From contig CBDCDA010000001.1 of the NCBI GenBank assembly GCA_965215335.1, positions 320,001-384,000 on the forward strand: a stretch of 64,000 nt of DNA, in the 5' to 3' direction. Position 1 is the first letter of the stretch; every line of letters begins with the position of its first letter. Source of the DNA: an uncultured Candidatus Entotheonella sp. (GTDB taxonomy: Bacteria > Tectomicrobia > Entotheonellia > Entotheonellales > Entotheonellaceae). The notes beneath the pieces are model-generated. The model searched no databases and was not told the DNA's origin. It saw only the letters and a program-made list of their open reading frames with translations. Below are positions 21,131-30,409 of this stretch, in pieces. Both the position numbers and the translations under genes were made by a program.

Positions 21131-23005
21131 TCACAGATTCGCCAATTCAGGCCGCGCATGCGGCCGCAGGTCACCCAGAAGGACCGCCAGGGTAGCTTGA
21201 TCGATCACTTCATGCTTCAGAAGGTACTGCGCCAGTGTTTCGAGCTTGCTGCGGTGCGTTTCGAGCAACCGCCGAGCCCGATCATACATGCGCTCCACCA
21301 TCTCGCATGCCTCCTCATCGATACGGCGTGCCGTTGCTTCACTGCACGATCTGGGGAGCTGTTGGCCCGTGTCCAAAAACATGGGTTGCCTGCCATGTTC
21401 CACCGCATAGGGACCCAGGTGCTCGCTCATGCCAAACTCCGCGACCATCCGCCTGGCCATCTCGCTGGCACGCTGCAGGTCGTCCTGGGCGCCGGTAGAC
21501 GTGTCACTAAACACGACATCTTCAGCGGCCCGCCCACCGAGCATCACGGTAATACGATCCAGAAGCTCATCCTTGGTATACAGATAACGGTCCTGTGTGG
21601 GCAGTTGCTGGGTGTATCCCAGAGCCGCGACGCCATGCGGAACGATGGTGACTTTGCGCACCGGGTCGGCGCTCGGGAGCGCCTCGGCGACCAATGCGTG
21701 TCCCGATTCATGATAGGCGACCCGCTGTTTTTCAGCGGGAGCCATGATACGGCTTTTCTTCTCCGGCCCGGCCATGATGCGGTCAATCGCCTTGTCGAGT
21801 TCATCCATTGTCACCGCGTCCCGGTTGTAACGCGCGGCGAGAAGGGCCGCCTCATTGACCACGCTGGCCAGGTCCGAACCGACCATGCCCGGCGTGCGGG
21901 CGGCAATCACCCGCAGATCAACGTCAGCGGCCAGACGCACCTTCTTGCCGTGCAGGCGCAGGATGTCCAGACGTCCTTGCAAATCGGGACGCCCGACTGC
22001 CACTTGGCGGTCGAAGCGACCGGCGCGCAGCAAGGCAGGGTCAAGAATCTCCGGTCGATTGGTGGCACCCAGGATGATGACCCCCTTGCGGGGATCAAAA
22101 CCATCCATCTCACCCAGCAGCTGGTTCAGCGTCTGCTCGCGCTCGTCGTTCTGCTGCATAGGGTTAATGCCACGCGCTTTGCCAACGGCGTCCAGTTCAT
22201 CAATGAAAACGATGCACGGCGCTTTCTCCTGCGCCTGCTTGAACAGGTCGCGTACCCGGGCGGCACCGACACCCACGAACATCTCTACAAAGTCCGAACC
22301 GCTGAGGCTGAAAAACGGCACGGACGCCTCGCCGGCCACGGCTCGCGACAGCAGGGTCTTTCCTGTTCCCGGCGGGCCTACCAACAAGACCCCTTTGGGG
22401 ATGCGGCCACCGAGGCTGGCATACTTCTGCGGATTACGCAGGAAATCAATGATTTCCTGCAGTTCCTCTTTCGCCTCATCGGCCCCGGCAACGTCCGCAA
22501 ACGTATTACCGGTCTCGCGCTCGGCGTAAATTCGTGCCCGGCTTTTACCGAAATTCATCACACCCTGACCGGGACCCAGCCGACGGGCGAGAAAGTTCCA
22601 GAGCAAAAACAACAGTCCCAATGGCAGAACCCACGACAGGATCGTTTTCAGCAGGTTGTTATCGTTTTGTCCGGTGTATTTCACCCCATACGTTTCCAAT
22701 TCCTTCACGAGGTCAGGGTCCTCGACCCGCACGGTCATAAAGCGCATCGGCGGCGTCATCTCTGAGGCATCATCGGACATGCGAAGCGTGCCGCGAATGG
22801 CCTGGGCACCAATCCGCACCTCGACGATACGCCCCGCACGCAAATCGGCCTTGAAGTCACTATATGACACCTGCTCAAACGGCCGTGCAAAGAGCGCGTT
22901 CTGCGCCAACAGCATCAATCCGATGGCCGCCAAGACGTACCACAGCGAGAAACGGCCACCGGGTCCGGCACCGCGCTGAAATCGACCGTTGGGCTTGCTG
23001 TTCAT
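21131..23005 (-). CDS. ftsH: ATP-dependent zinc metalloprotease FtsH
   Basis: two TM helices, [43 protein letters not shown] at 23005 after GGAGG. Confidence 0.96.
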   Translation of the reverse strand: MNSKPNGRFQRGAGPGGRFSLWYVLAAIGLMLLAQNALFARPFEQVSYSDFKADLRAGRIVEVRIGAQAIRGTLRMSDDASEMTPPMRFMTVRVEDPDLVKELETYGVKYTGQNDNNLLKTILSWVLPLGLLFLLWNFLARRLGPGQGVMNFGKSRARIYAERETGNTFADVAGADEAKEELQEIIDFLRNPQKYASLGGRIPKGVLLVGPPGTGKTLLSRAVAGEASVPFFSLSGSDFVEMFVGVGAARVRDLFKQAQEKAPCIVFIDELDAVGKARGINPMQQNDEREQTLNQLLGEMDGFDPRKGVIILGATNRPEILDPALLRAGRFDRQVAVGRPDLQGRLDILRLHGKKVRLAADVDLRVIAARTPGMVGSDLASVVNEAALLAARYNRDAVTMDELDKAIDRIMAGPEKKSRIMAPAEKQRVAYHESGHALVAEALPSADPVRKVTIVPHGVAALGYTQQLPTQDRYLYTKDELLDRITVMLGGRAAEDVVFSDTSTGAQDDLQRASEMARRMVAEFGMSEHLGPYAVEHGRQPMFLDTGQQLPRSCSEATARRIDEEACEMVERMYDRARRLLETHRSKLETLAQYLLKHEVIDQATLAVLLGDLRPHARPELANL

Positions 23006-23409
23006 CTGCAACCTCCGTGCGAGCCGCCTCATGGCGGGTATTCAACAGCATGCGGGTCCTAGCCGCCTTGTTGCGTTGCCCAGGCACTTGCAGGCACTTG
23101 TTTGCTCGTCTTTTTCGGATTTTCGAAGTGTACACCATGAAAGGGACTTTTACGGAAACAATCCCAAAAGGGACGAGGCGACCGCCATCATGTCTCGTGG
23201 TGACACGTACCTTCTAGCGGGAAATATACATTGCGTGTCAACAGGTTCTTTGACATACTTTCTCGTCACCAATCGGCACCCTTTGGCCTGCAGACTTGTC
23301 CATCGGATAGCACGGTGCCTGCGGCCTCAGGCGAGAGCAGTCAAAACGGAAAGCTGATCGCCTGCCTGGTCAGCGAGCCTCTCGCCCACCGCTCGGAGGT
23401 AATTCAGAG

Positions 23410-24480
23410 ATGAAAAACAAACGCGTTATTCACGTCGTCGGCACGGGCACGATCGGAGAACCGCTGATCGGTCTTCTGCTGGATCTGCGGGGCCATCTGC
23501 AAGTCGATGAAATCACCTTTCACAAGAACCGGGCGTTGCTCGATGACCGTGCAAAAGTCAAGAACCTGATCCGACGCGGCGCACAACTCGTCGTCTCTCC
23601 CGAAAAACGCCCCGAGTTCGAGAAGCTGGGCATGCAGCCCACCTACGACACCGAGGAGGCACTGAACCAGGCCTCTGTCGTCATCGACTGCACGCCTGAA
23701 GGCATGGCCAATCAGCACAAAGAACGATGGTATGAAGATTTGTCTTCGGCACGCGGATTCATCGCCCAGGGCAGTGAATTCGGCTTTGGCAAGATGTATG
23801 CGCGCGGCATTAACGACGACGCGCTGGTGCCTTACGAAGACCGCTTTGTTCAAGTTGTCAGTTGCAACACCCACAATCTCGCCGTTCTCGTCGACACCAT
23901 CGCCTTGCACGATGAGTCTCCGGACAATTTGGTTGAAGGTCGTTTTGTCTGCTTGCGGCGGTCCAGCGACATCAGCCAGGAAAAGAGTTTCATCGCCGCA
24001 CCGCAGGTGGGCACCCACAAAGATGACAAATTCGGCACCCATCACGCCAGAGATGCCTGGCATCTGTTCCGCACGCTGGGATTGGACCTGAATCTGTTTT
24101 CCTCGGCGATCAAACTCAATACCCAGTACATGCACAGTATCTGGTTCAACCTGCGGGTCAAATATTCCGTAACACTGGACGAGGTGATCGAGAAATTCGA
24201 GGCCAACAAGTACATCGCCTTGACTGAAAAGACGATGGCCAACACCATCTTTTCGTTCGGGCGCGACCACGGCTATTTTGGTCGCCTGCTTAACCAAACG
24301 GTGATCTCGGTGCCGACCCTGACGGTCAGGGACGGCCACGAAATTACCGGCTTCTGCTTCACACCGCAGGACGGAAATTCCCTCCTAAGCAGCATTGCCG
24401 CCGCTGCCTGGCTCCTCGACCCCGACACGCACGAGGCGCACATTCAATTCGTCACACCGCACCTCTTTGATGAAGTATAA
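23410..24480 (+). CDS. archaeal-type (class II) glyceraldehyde-3-phosphate dehydrogenase homologue
   Basis: GTGTIG Rossmann motif, VIDCTP, IAQGSE, catalytic VVSCNT, LRR..D, THH, MH motifs in class II GAPDH order. Confidence 0.7.
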   Translation: MKNKRVIHVVGTGTIGEPLIGLLLDLRGHLQVDEITFHKNRALLDDRAKVKNLIRRGAQLVVSPEKRPEFEKLGMQPTYDTEEALNQASVVIDCTPEGMANQHKERWYEDLSSARGFIAQGSEFGFGKMYARGINDDALVPYEDRFVQVVSCNTHNLAVLVDTIALHDESPDNLVEGRFVCLRRSSDISQEKSFIAAPQVGTHKDDKFGTHHARDAWHLFRTLGLDLNLFSSAIKLNTQYMHSIWFNLRVKYSVTLDEVIEKFEANKYIALTEKTMANTIFSFGRDHGYFGRLLNQTVISVPTLTVRDGHEITGFCFTPQDGNSLLSSIAAAAWLLDPDTHEAHIQFVTPHLFDEV

Positions 24481-24524
24481 GGGCCGGGGAGAGCGCCAAT
24501 CATGTAGCTCGGAGCGGTGTATGC

Positions 24525-25676
24525 CTACAGCACCTCGTCACGGTGCGTCGGTAGCCTGCGCAATGGGAATTCCCGGTAGGGATACCGCTCCAAGGCCTCC
24601 TGCCGCAGTTCGACACCCAGCCCAGGACCTCGAGGCAAGGCGATATACCCGCCGTCGACCCGCAAGGGTTCGACCGTGACCTCGGCCCCGCGCTCTTCAA
24701 AATTCACGAAGTACTCCGTGATCAGAAAATTCGGGATGCAGGCCGCTAGCTGCAGGGTTGCCGCCAAGCCGATCGTGGTGCTGTTGTAATTGTGCGGCGA
24801 AACGGTAACGAAATAGGGCTCGGCCATCGCCGCGATTTCCTTCAGTTCGAGCAATCCACCACAGTTGCAAATGTCGGGATTGATGATGTCAGCCGCCTGC
24901 TTCTCAAACACCGCACGAAACTCCGCCTTGGTATAGAGTTCCTCTCCCGTCACGATGGGCAGGCGAATGTCTCGACGGCACGCGGCCAGTGCGTCCACGT
25001 TACGTGCCGATACCGGCTCCTCGTACCAGAACGGCCGGAAAGGCTCGATGGCTCGCGCCATCCGAACGGCATGCATGGGTGCGAGCCGGCGGTGGACTTC
25101 GATCAGTAGCTCGACGTCCGGCCCGACCGCTTCCCGCACGACGCGCACCGTCTCCATCGCCTGTTCTTCCGCCTGCCGGGAAATGTGCGTACGCCACGGC
25201 CCGGGAAACGGGTCGAACTTGAGAGCCGCAAACCCGCGCGCAACGATTTGCAGTGCGCGCTCGGCGTAGGCCTCCGGCGTCCCGGCGCTCCCGGCCCAGC
25301 CATTGGCATAGACGCGGATTTTCTCCCGACAAGCGCCGCCCAGCAGGTTGTATACCGGCGTTCCAAAGTGCTTGCCGACGATGTCCCACAGCGCCTGCTC
25401 CAGGCCGCTCAGTGCGCTGTAGAAATCCATCGCGCCGCGCTTGCCGGCGAAGTCGTGGTAGGCCATGTGGGTGAAGTGCTTGATATTCATGGGGTCACGG
25501 CCGAGCAGGTAGCGTCCGAGCTGCTGCACGTGCGCCACGATGCCCCGGTCACGGTCCGACTGGGTATAGCATTCTCCCCAGCCGCTGATATCCGCGTCGG
25601 TATCGACCTTCACGAATAACCAGTTCTTCCCGGCGCCGGAGTCGACCAGGAAGGGCTGCACGGCGGTAACGTACAT
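24525..25676 (-). CDS. mandelate racemase/muconate lactonizing enzyme family protein (galactonate dehydratase-like)
   Basis: NWLFVKVDTD, EQALWDIVGK, RVYANGW, KFDPF, EVH, YEEP, TGEEL, INPD, SPHN. Confidence 0.88.
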   Translation of the reverse strand: MYVTAVQPFLVDSGAGKNWLFVKVDTDADISGWGECYTQSDRDRGIVAHVQQLGRYLLGRDPMNIKHFTHMAYHDFAGKRGAMDFYSALSGLEQALWDIVGKHFGTPVYNLLGGACREKIRVYANGWAGSAGTPEAYAERALQIVARGFAALKFDPFPGPWRTHISRQAEEQAMETVRVVREAVGPDVELLIEVHRRLAPMHAVRMARAIEPFRPFWYEEPVSARNVDALAACRRDIRLPIVTGEELYTKAEFRAVFEKQAADIINPDICNCGGLLELKEIAAMAEPYFVTVSPHNYNSTTIGLAATLQLAACIPNFLITEYFVNFEERGAEVTVEPLRVDGGYIALPRGPGLGVELRQEALERYPYREFPLRRLPTHRDEVL

Positions 25677-25828
25677 GGCGTTGTCTCTCCAGTTGTCTGA
25701 TCGGGTTCGGAGCCATGACATGCCAGGCCGGGAACGCCCTCTGACGACCCGGAAGTCCGCCGAGTTTATATACCGCATCTACCTTGTAATCAAGGCTTTC
25801 GAGACTTGTCAGACAGCGCCAGGGTTTC

Positions 25829-25858
25829 TTGACAGCCGGCGAAACCCGTTGCTAGAAT
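25829..25858 (+). promoter_or_regulatory. sigma70-type promoter with extended -10
   Basis: TTGACA-18 nt-TAGAAT with TG immediately upstream of the -10; about 60 nt before the B12-binding gene. Confidence 0.55.
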
Positions 25859-25920
25859 CGCCCCTGCCGTGTGCCCGGCATATGTAGCCGAGGCGCTATC
25901 ATGGGGAGACAAAAAGACGC

Positions 25921-26328
25921 ATGACAACAGCCCGGAAAATCCGCGTTCTGATTGCCAAACCCGGCTTGGACGGCCACGACCGCGGCGCCAAGGTCCTCGC
26001 GCTCGCCCTGCGCGATGCGGGGATCGAGGTCATCTATACGGGTCTGCGGCAACAACCGGAGCAGATCGTCGCGGCTGCCATCCAGGAGGATGTGGACGTC
26101 GTGGGGTTGAGTTGCTTATCGGGGGCGCACAATGTCCTTTTCCCGCGTGTTGTGGAGTTACTCAGGGAACAGGGCGCCGGGGATATTCTCGTGCTTGGCG
26201 GCGGCACGATCCCGGAACACGACGTCCCGGCGCTGCAAGCCAGCGGCGTACGGGCCCTGTTTGGCCCCGGCTCGTCAATCGCCGATATTGTGGAACACAT
26301 TCGCGAACATGCGCCGCAGCGGTCCTAG
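25921..26328 (+). CDS. cobalamin-binding small subunit of an acyl-CoA mutase (methylmalonyl-CoA mutase C-terminal domain)
   Basis: [13 protein letters not shown] (DxHxxG), [24 protein letters not shown]. Confidence 0.92.
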   Translation: MTTARKIRVLIAKPGLDGHDRGAKVLALALRDAGIEVIYTGLRQQPEQIVAAAIQEDVDVVGLSCLSGAHNVLFPRVVELLREQGAGDILVLGGGTIPEHDVPALQASGVRALFGPGSSIADIVEHIREHAPQRS

Positions 26329-26366
26329 CGCCGCCTCGCAGGAGAGCCCCGGTCTGAGGTATGTGC

Positions 26367-27320
26367 ATGCCTGTGGAACTGGTGAAAAAAATGCTCACCG
26401 GTGATCAACGGGCACTGGCCCGGCTCGTCTCAGTGGTGGAAAGACAGAGCGCCGACGTCCCGGAAATCATGCAGCGTATCGCCCCCACGCTTGGACGCGC
26501 CTATTGTGTCGGCATCACCGGACCGCCGGGCGCAGGCAAGAGCACCATCACCGACCGCCTGACGGCGCGTGCCCGCCGGCAAGGCAAGACCGTCGGGATT
26601 GTCGCCGTTGACCCCACAAGCCCCTTCTCCGGCGGCGCCATTCTGGGTGACCGCATCCGCATGCAGCAACATTATCTCGACGTCGGGGTTTATATTCGCA
26701 GCATGGCGTCCCGCGGGCACCATGGCGGCTTGTCCCGCGCCGCCAAAGGGGTCATCAAGCTTCTCGATGCGTTCGGCAAGGATCTGGTCATCGTCGAGAC
26801 GGTGGGCGTCGGCCAGACGGAGCTTGACATCGTGGCCGCCGCCGATACGACGATCCTGATCCTGGTGCCTGAAAGTGGCGACGCCATTCAGACCATCAAG
26901 GCCGGCATCATGGAAATTGCCGATCTGTTCGTGATCAACAAGGCTGACCGTGATGGCGCCGAGCGTCTGCAACGCGACCTGCAAATGATGCTGCATGTCC
27001 GCCACGCCTCCGAGGGGTGGTGTCCGCCCGTTCTCAGCGCCCAAGCTGGCCAAGACATCGGTATTGCCGAACTCCACGAGGCGATTGCGACCCATCGCCG
27101 CCACCTGATGGAGACCGGTCAACTGGCGGCGCGCCGACGGCAGAACCGGCGACAGGAACTGCTCGATTTGCTTCAGCAACAATTGACGGCAACATTGACG
27201 GCGCGGTTCCAAGACGGCGAAGCTCATTCGGGGCTGCTAGAACAGGTGGAAGAGGGCGTGGTGGATCCGTATACGGCGGTGCAGCAGATGCTGGTCGAAA
27301 GCGGCGACCTGTGGCGCTAA
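26367..27320 (+). CDS. meaB: methylmalonyl-CoA mutase-associated GTPase MeaB
   Basis: GITGPPGAGKST, AVDPTSPFSGGAILGDRIRM, ETVGVGQ, NKAD. Confidence 0.93.
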   Translation: MPVELVKKMLTGDQRALARLVSVVERQSADVPEIMQRIAPTLGRAYCVGITGPPGAGKSTITDRLTARARRQGKTVGIVAVDPTSPFSGGAILGDRIRMQQHYLDVGVYIRSMASRGHHGGLSRAAKGVIKLLDAFGKDLVIVETVGVGQTELDIVAAADTTILILVPESGDAIQTIKAGIMEIADLFVINKADRDGAERLQRDLQMMLHVRHASEGWCPPVLSAQAGQDIGIAELHEAIATHRRHLMETGQLAARRRQNRRQELLDLLQQQLTATLTARFQDGEAHSGLLEQVEEGVVDPYTAVQQMLVESGDLWR

Positions 27321-27379
27321 CCGCTCCGTGCGAGCGGACCACACTCGAGCGGCAACGATACTCCGTTGAGGAGACCACG

Positions 27380-27695
27380 ATGACCGAACGATACATTGAC
27401 GTGCTGGACCCGCGCGGCGTGCCCCAGCAGGGGGCGTACGATCCGGCCCGATTGTTTCGCCGAGAATGAGGCCGGCAGCCCATGGGAACCGTGGCACGTG
27501 GAATGCGGCTACCCTGCCGACGTCAGCACCGTAACCGTGGCAGGTGCCGAGGCGCCGCACAACATCAATGACCACGGCAGCATCCGGCCGGAAAGTATCC
27601 TAACGACGGTCGCGGAGACCATGGCCGTCGTCGGCTGCAACAACGCGACCGGAGGTGGTCAGCCGGTTGTCGTCTTTGGTCCCGAGCACGCCGCC
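27380..27695 (+). pseudogene. chimeric remnant: short gene start joined out of frame to an internal fragment of a conserved protein (UGSC-selenoprotein locus-like)
   Basis: RBS GAGGAG plus MTERYIDVLDPRG... stops after 29 codons; in another frame CFAENEAGSPWEPWHVECGY...HNINDH...GPEHAA has no start of its own. Confidence 0.5.
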
Positions 27696-27758
27696 TCCGA
27701 CAGGCCTGAGATCTTCGACACGCTGTTTTTTTCTGATGCAAGGGAAGGGGAAGCCTGG

Positions 27759-28559
27759 ATGAATTACGAAGAGATCATCTACACAATAGAAAATCGCGTA
27801 GCCACTATCACGCTGAATCGCCCCGAATCACTGAATGCGTTCAGCGATCAGATGCTGACAGAATGGACTGACGCTTTGCTGCGCGCCCAGGCCGATGACG
27901 AGGTGTGGGTGATCATGGTCACCGGCGCGGGCCGCGGCTTCTGTTCCGGGGGCAATGTCAAGGGCTTTGTCTACAGCCCCGACGAAGCGCCGCCCCCCTT
28001 GTTTACGCAGCGCAACCACATGCGCCACGGCGTACACCAGGTGCCGCGCGCGGTCTCGCAACTCGACAAGCCCTATATCGCCGCCGTCAATGGCCCGGCC
28101 GCCGGCGCCGGCATGGACATGGCCAGCATGGCGGATATTCGCATCGCGTCCGACAAAGCCAAATTCGTGATGAGCTACATCAACATGGGATTGGTGACCG
28201 GCGACGGCGGCGCCTATTTTCTGCCTCGCATCGTCGGCCTCGGCAAGGCCTACGAATTGATCTGGGGCGGCGAGCCGTTTGACGCCCATGAAGCCCTGCA
28301 GATGGGCTACGTCAATCACGTCGTGCCGCATGAGGAATTCGCACAATTTGCCCAGTCGTATGCCGAGAAATTCGCGCACAAACCGCCTGTCGCCACGCAG
28401 CTCATCAAGCGCGCGGTGCGCAAGGGTCTGCAAGCGGACCTCGATTCCACCCTGGATTATCTGGAGTGGGCGATGCTGATCTGCCGCAGCACGGAGGACT
28501 CTCAGGAGGGCCCGCGGGCCTGGCGCGAGAAACGCCCGCCGGTGTTTACCGGGCGTTAG
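27759..28559 (+). CDS. enoyl-CoA hydratase/isomerase (crotonase) family protein
   Basis: ATITLNRPESLNA, TGAGRGFCSGG, KPYIAAVNGPAAGAG, EKRPPVFTGR; real start 27759, the longer ORF call reads through the upstream remnant. Confidence 0.92.
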   Translation: MNYEEIIYTIENRVATITLNRPESLNAFSDQMLTEWTDALLRAQADDEVWVIMVTGAGRGFCSGGNVKGFVYSPDEAPPPLFTQRNHMRHGVHQVPRAVSQLDKPYIAAVNGPAAGAGMDMASMADIRIASDKAKFVMSYINMGLVTGDGGAYFLPRIVGLGKAYELIWGGEPFDAHEALQMGYVNHVVPHEEFAQFAQSYAEKFAHKPPVATQLIKRAVRKGLQADLDSTLDYLEWAMLICRSTEDSQEGPRAWREKRPPVFTGR

Positions 28560-28609
28560 ACATTTCCAGGAAACGGCGGCGCGGGGGCCTGCAACTCGGG
28601 AGGCGAAGG

Positions 28610-30280
28610 ATGTTCCGCGTGAAACGACCCTGCACGATTCCGACGAGCGCCTTGCTGGCCATAATGGCTCTCGCCTTGGGTGTCGGCGCGGCGCACGCGC
28701 GCAGCGAGACGGCGACAGGGGTGTTTCTCGACCACATCTCGGAGCCGATCGTGCAGTCGAGGTGCATCTACTGCCACGTCGAGGGCGGGCGGTCCGGGCA
28801 CACCCGGCTCGTGTTCGTGCACGACTCGGAGGCGCCCGACCGCGAGGCGCGCAACCTGCAGGCCTTCGAGGATTTTCTTGCCATGGTCGAGGGTGGCCAG
28901 GAACACATCCTGACCAAGGTTCAGGGGATCGCCCACGGCGGCGGCGTGCAGGTGCCGGCGGGGTCCTTCGACTTCGCGAGCCTGGACCGCTTCCTGGCGC
29001 TGCTTGAAGGCCAGCCGCTGGGTTTTGTCGCGCGCCTCCTGAAACGACTACAACTGGACGAGGGAGAACCCTCGCTGTTGTTCGGCGTCACCACGCCGGA
29101 GGATGGGGATACCGTGGCGGGGAATGCCGTGACCATCTCGGCCACTGGTGCACCGACCGCGGCGGTCCACTTCGCATACCGCCCGGGCGACGCCCCGGAA
29201 GCAGAGTTCGTGTATCTCGGTGCGGCGGCCAACCGGTCCGCTGCCCGGTTGGCGTGGGACACCTCGGCCTTGGCGGATCGAGATTACGAACTTGTCGCCT
29301 TGTTCACGGAAGACGGAGGAGAGAGCATCATCTCCGACATTATCGACGTGACCGTCGATAATGTCGCGCCCGCCGAACCGCCGGACATCGTGGAAGACCG
29401 CGGTCACAAAGCCCAGGTGCTGCGGATGGGGGCGACGCATGACGTGATCACGGCCGATGGGGTGGTGGTGACGCTTCCGGCCGGCGCGCTGGACGGCGAC
29501 GACCGCATCACGATCAGGGCGGCAGGCCCGCCCGACCCGAAGACAGCGCCAGGCGACGCCGTCGGGCTCAGGATCGACATCACCTTGGCCAGCGGACGGG
29601 ATACCTTCAGCGAAGCGGTTACCATCAGTCTCCCATATCCTGAAGGGAAGCCGGATGGGATTGTGCACGAAACGGACATCCCCGAAGCCGGTCTGTCGCT
29701 GTGGTTCTTCGACGCGCAAGCGGACGCCTGGATGCTGATTCCCGGGTCGACGGTACAGCCCGATGCGGACCTGGTGGTTGCCGACTCGACGCAGACGGGG
29801 GGATTCGGCATCTTCAATGTCCCGCTGCTGAGGGTGCAACAGGACGGCGAGGCCATCACGGGCCTGGACTTCGGCGTCGAGGCAACGGCGTTGATGTTTA
29901 GCGTGGTGAACGGCAATGCCGCTGCGGAGCCGTTGACCTGGACGATCGATGAGTCGAAGCCGTCGTGGCTCACCGTCGCGCCGGATCGGGGCGACGCAGG
30001 CTCGGGGGCGGGAACTGTGGTCACGGTGTCGGTGGACCGGACGGGGCTGGATTCCGGCGATTACGCCGGAACGCTGTCCATCACGTCCAACGGCGGCACT
30101 CGGGAGGTGAGCGTCGTCATGCGGGTAGCAGCAGCGCCGGGGGGCGGCGGCGGGGGTGGATGCGCCGTGGTGCCCCCCGGAACGCCCCCGGACCCCGCGC
30201 TCATGGGTCTGCTGGGGCTCGTGACCGTCTACCTGGTTGTTGGACGACGGCGCCTGAGGCATCAGGCCGCGATGGGGTGA
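28610..30280 (+). CDS. exported c-type heme protein with Ig-like/ZU5-like and BACON-like domains and a C-terminal Gly-rich/Cys sorting signal
   Basis: signal peptide ending AHA; CIYCH plus HGGG; beta-rich modules (LTWTIDESKPSWLTVAP...SNGG); tail GGGGGGGC..DP-TM-YL..RRR. Confidence 0.75.
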   Translation: MFRVKRPCTIPTSALLAIMALALGVGAAHARSETATGVFLDHISEPIVQSRCIYCHVEGGRSGHTRLVFVHDSEAPDREARNLQAFEDFLAMVEGGQEHILTKVQGIAHGGGVQVPAGSFDFASLDRFLALLEGQPLGFVARLLKRLQLDEGEPSLLFGVTTPEDGDTVAGNAVTISATGAPTAAVHFAYRPGDAPEAEFVYLGAAANRSAARLAWDTSALADRDYELVALFTEDGGESIISDIIDVTVDNVAPAEPPDIVEDRGHKAQVLRMGATHDVITADGVVVTLPAGALDGDDRITIRAAGPPDPKTAPGDAVGLRIDITLASGRDTFSEAVTISLPYPEGKPDGIVHETDIPEAGLSLWFFDAQADAWMLIPGSTVQPDADLVVADSTQTGGFGIFNVPLLRVQQDGEAITGLDFGVEATALMFSVVNGNAAAEPLTWTIDESKPSWLTVAPDRGDAGSGAGTVVTVSVDRTGLDSGDYAGTLSITSNGGTREVSVVMRVAAAPGGGGGGGCAVVPPGTPPDPALMGLLGLVTVYLVVGRRRLRHQAAMG

Positions 30281-30312
30281 CACGTTCAGCCGATCAGCGA
30301 TCATGCAATATC

Positions 30313-30409
30313 CGCAAGCTTGGCTCATCAGCCCCCAACCTGGGAGGAGAAGGGAATGCGTGTCTGTGTGAAACGACTTTGCAAGGTGCTGGCGGGCGTA
30401 TTTGTGGTG
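30313..30409 (+). repeat. copy 1 of a ~97 bp direct repeat (leader, RBS and first codons of the large heme gene)
   Basis: cgcaagcttggctcatcagcccccaacctgggaggagaagggaatgcgtgtctgtgtgaaacgactttgcaaggtgctggcgggcgtatttgtggtgg. Confidence 0.9.

Noticed and set aside
21029..22765. Long antisense or alternative-frame ORFs (also 36675-38594, 41356-43332, 49489-51384, 54472-56478)
   Set aside because: Shadow ORFs opposite well-supported genes in GC-rich DNA; no motifs of their own.
27396..28559. 387-aa crotonase with a novel N-terminal domain, as called in the ORF track
   Set aside because: TTG start without RBS; the extension is read-through of an upstream remnant, and an ATG with a purine-rich RBS lies at 27759.
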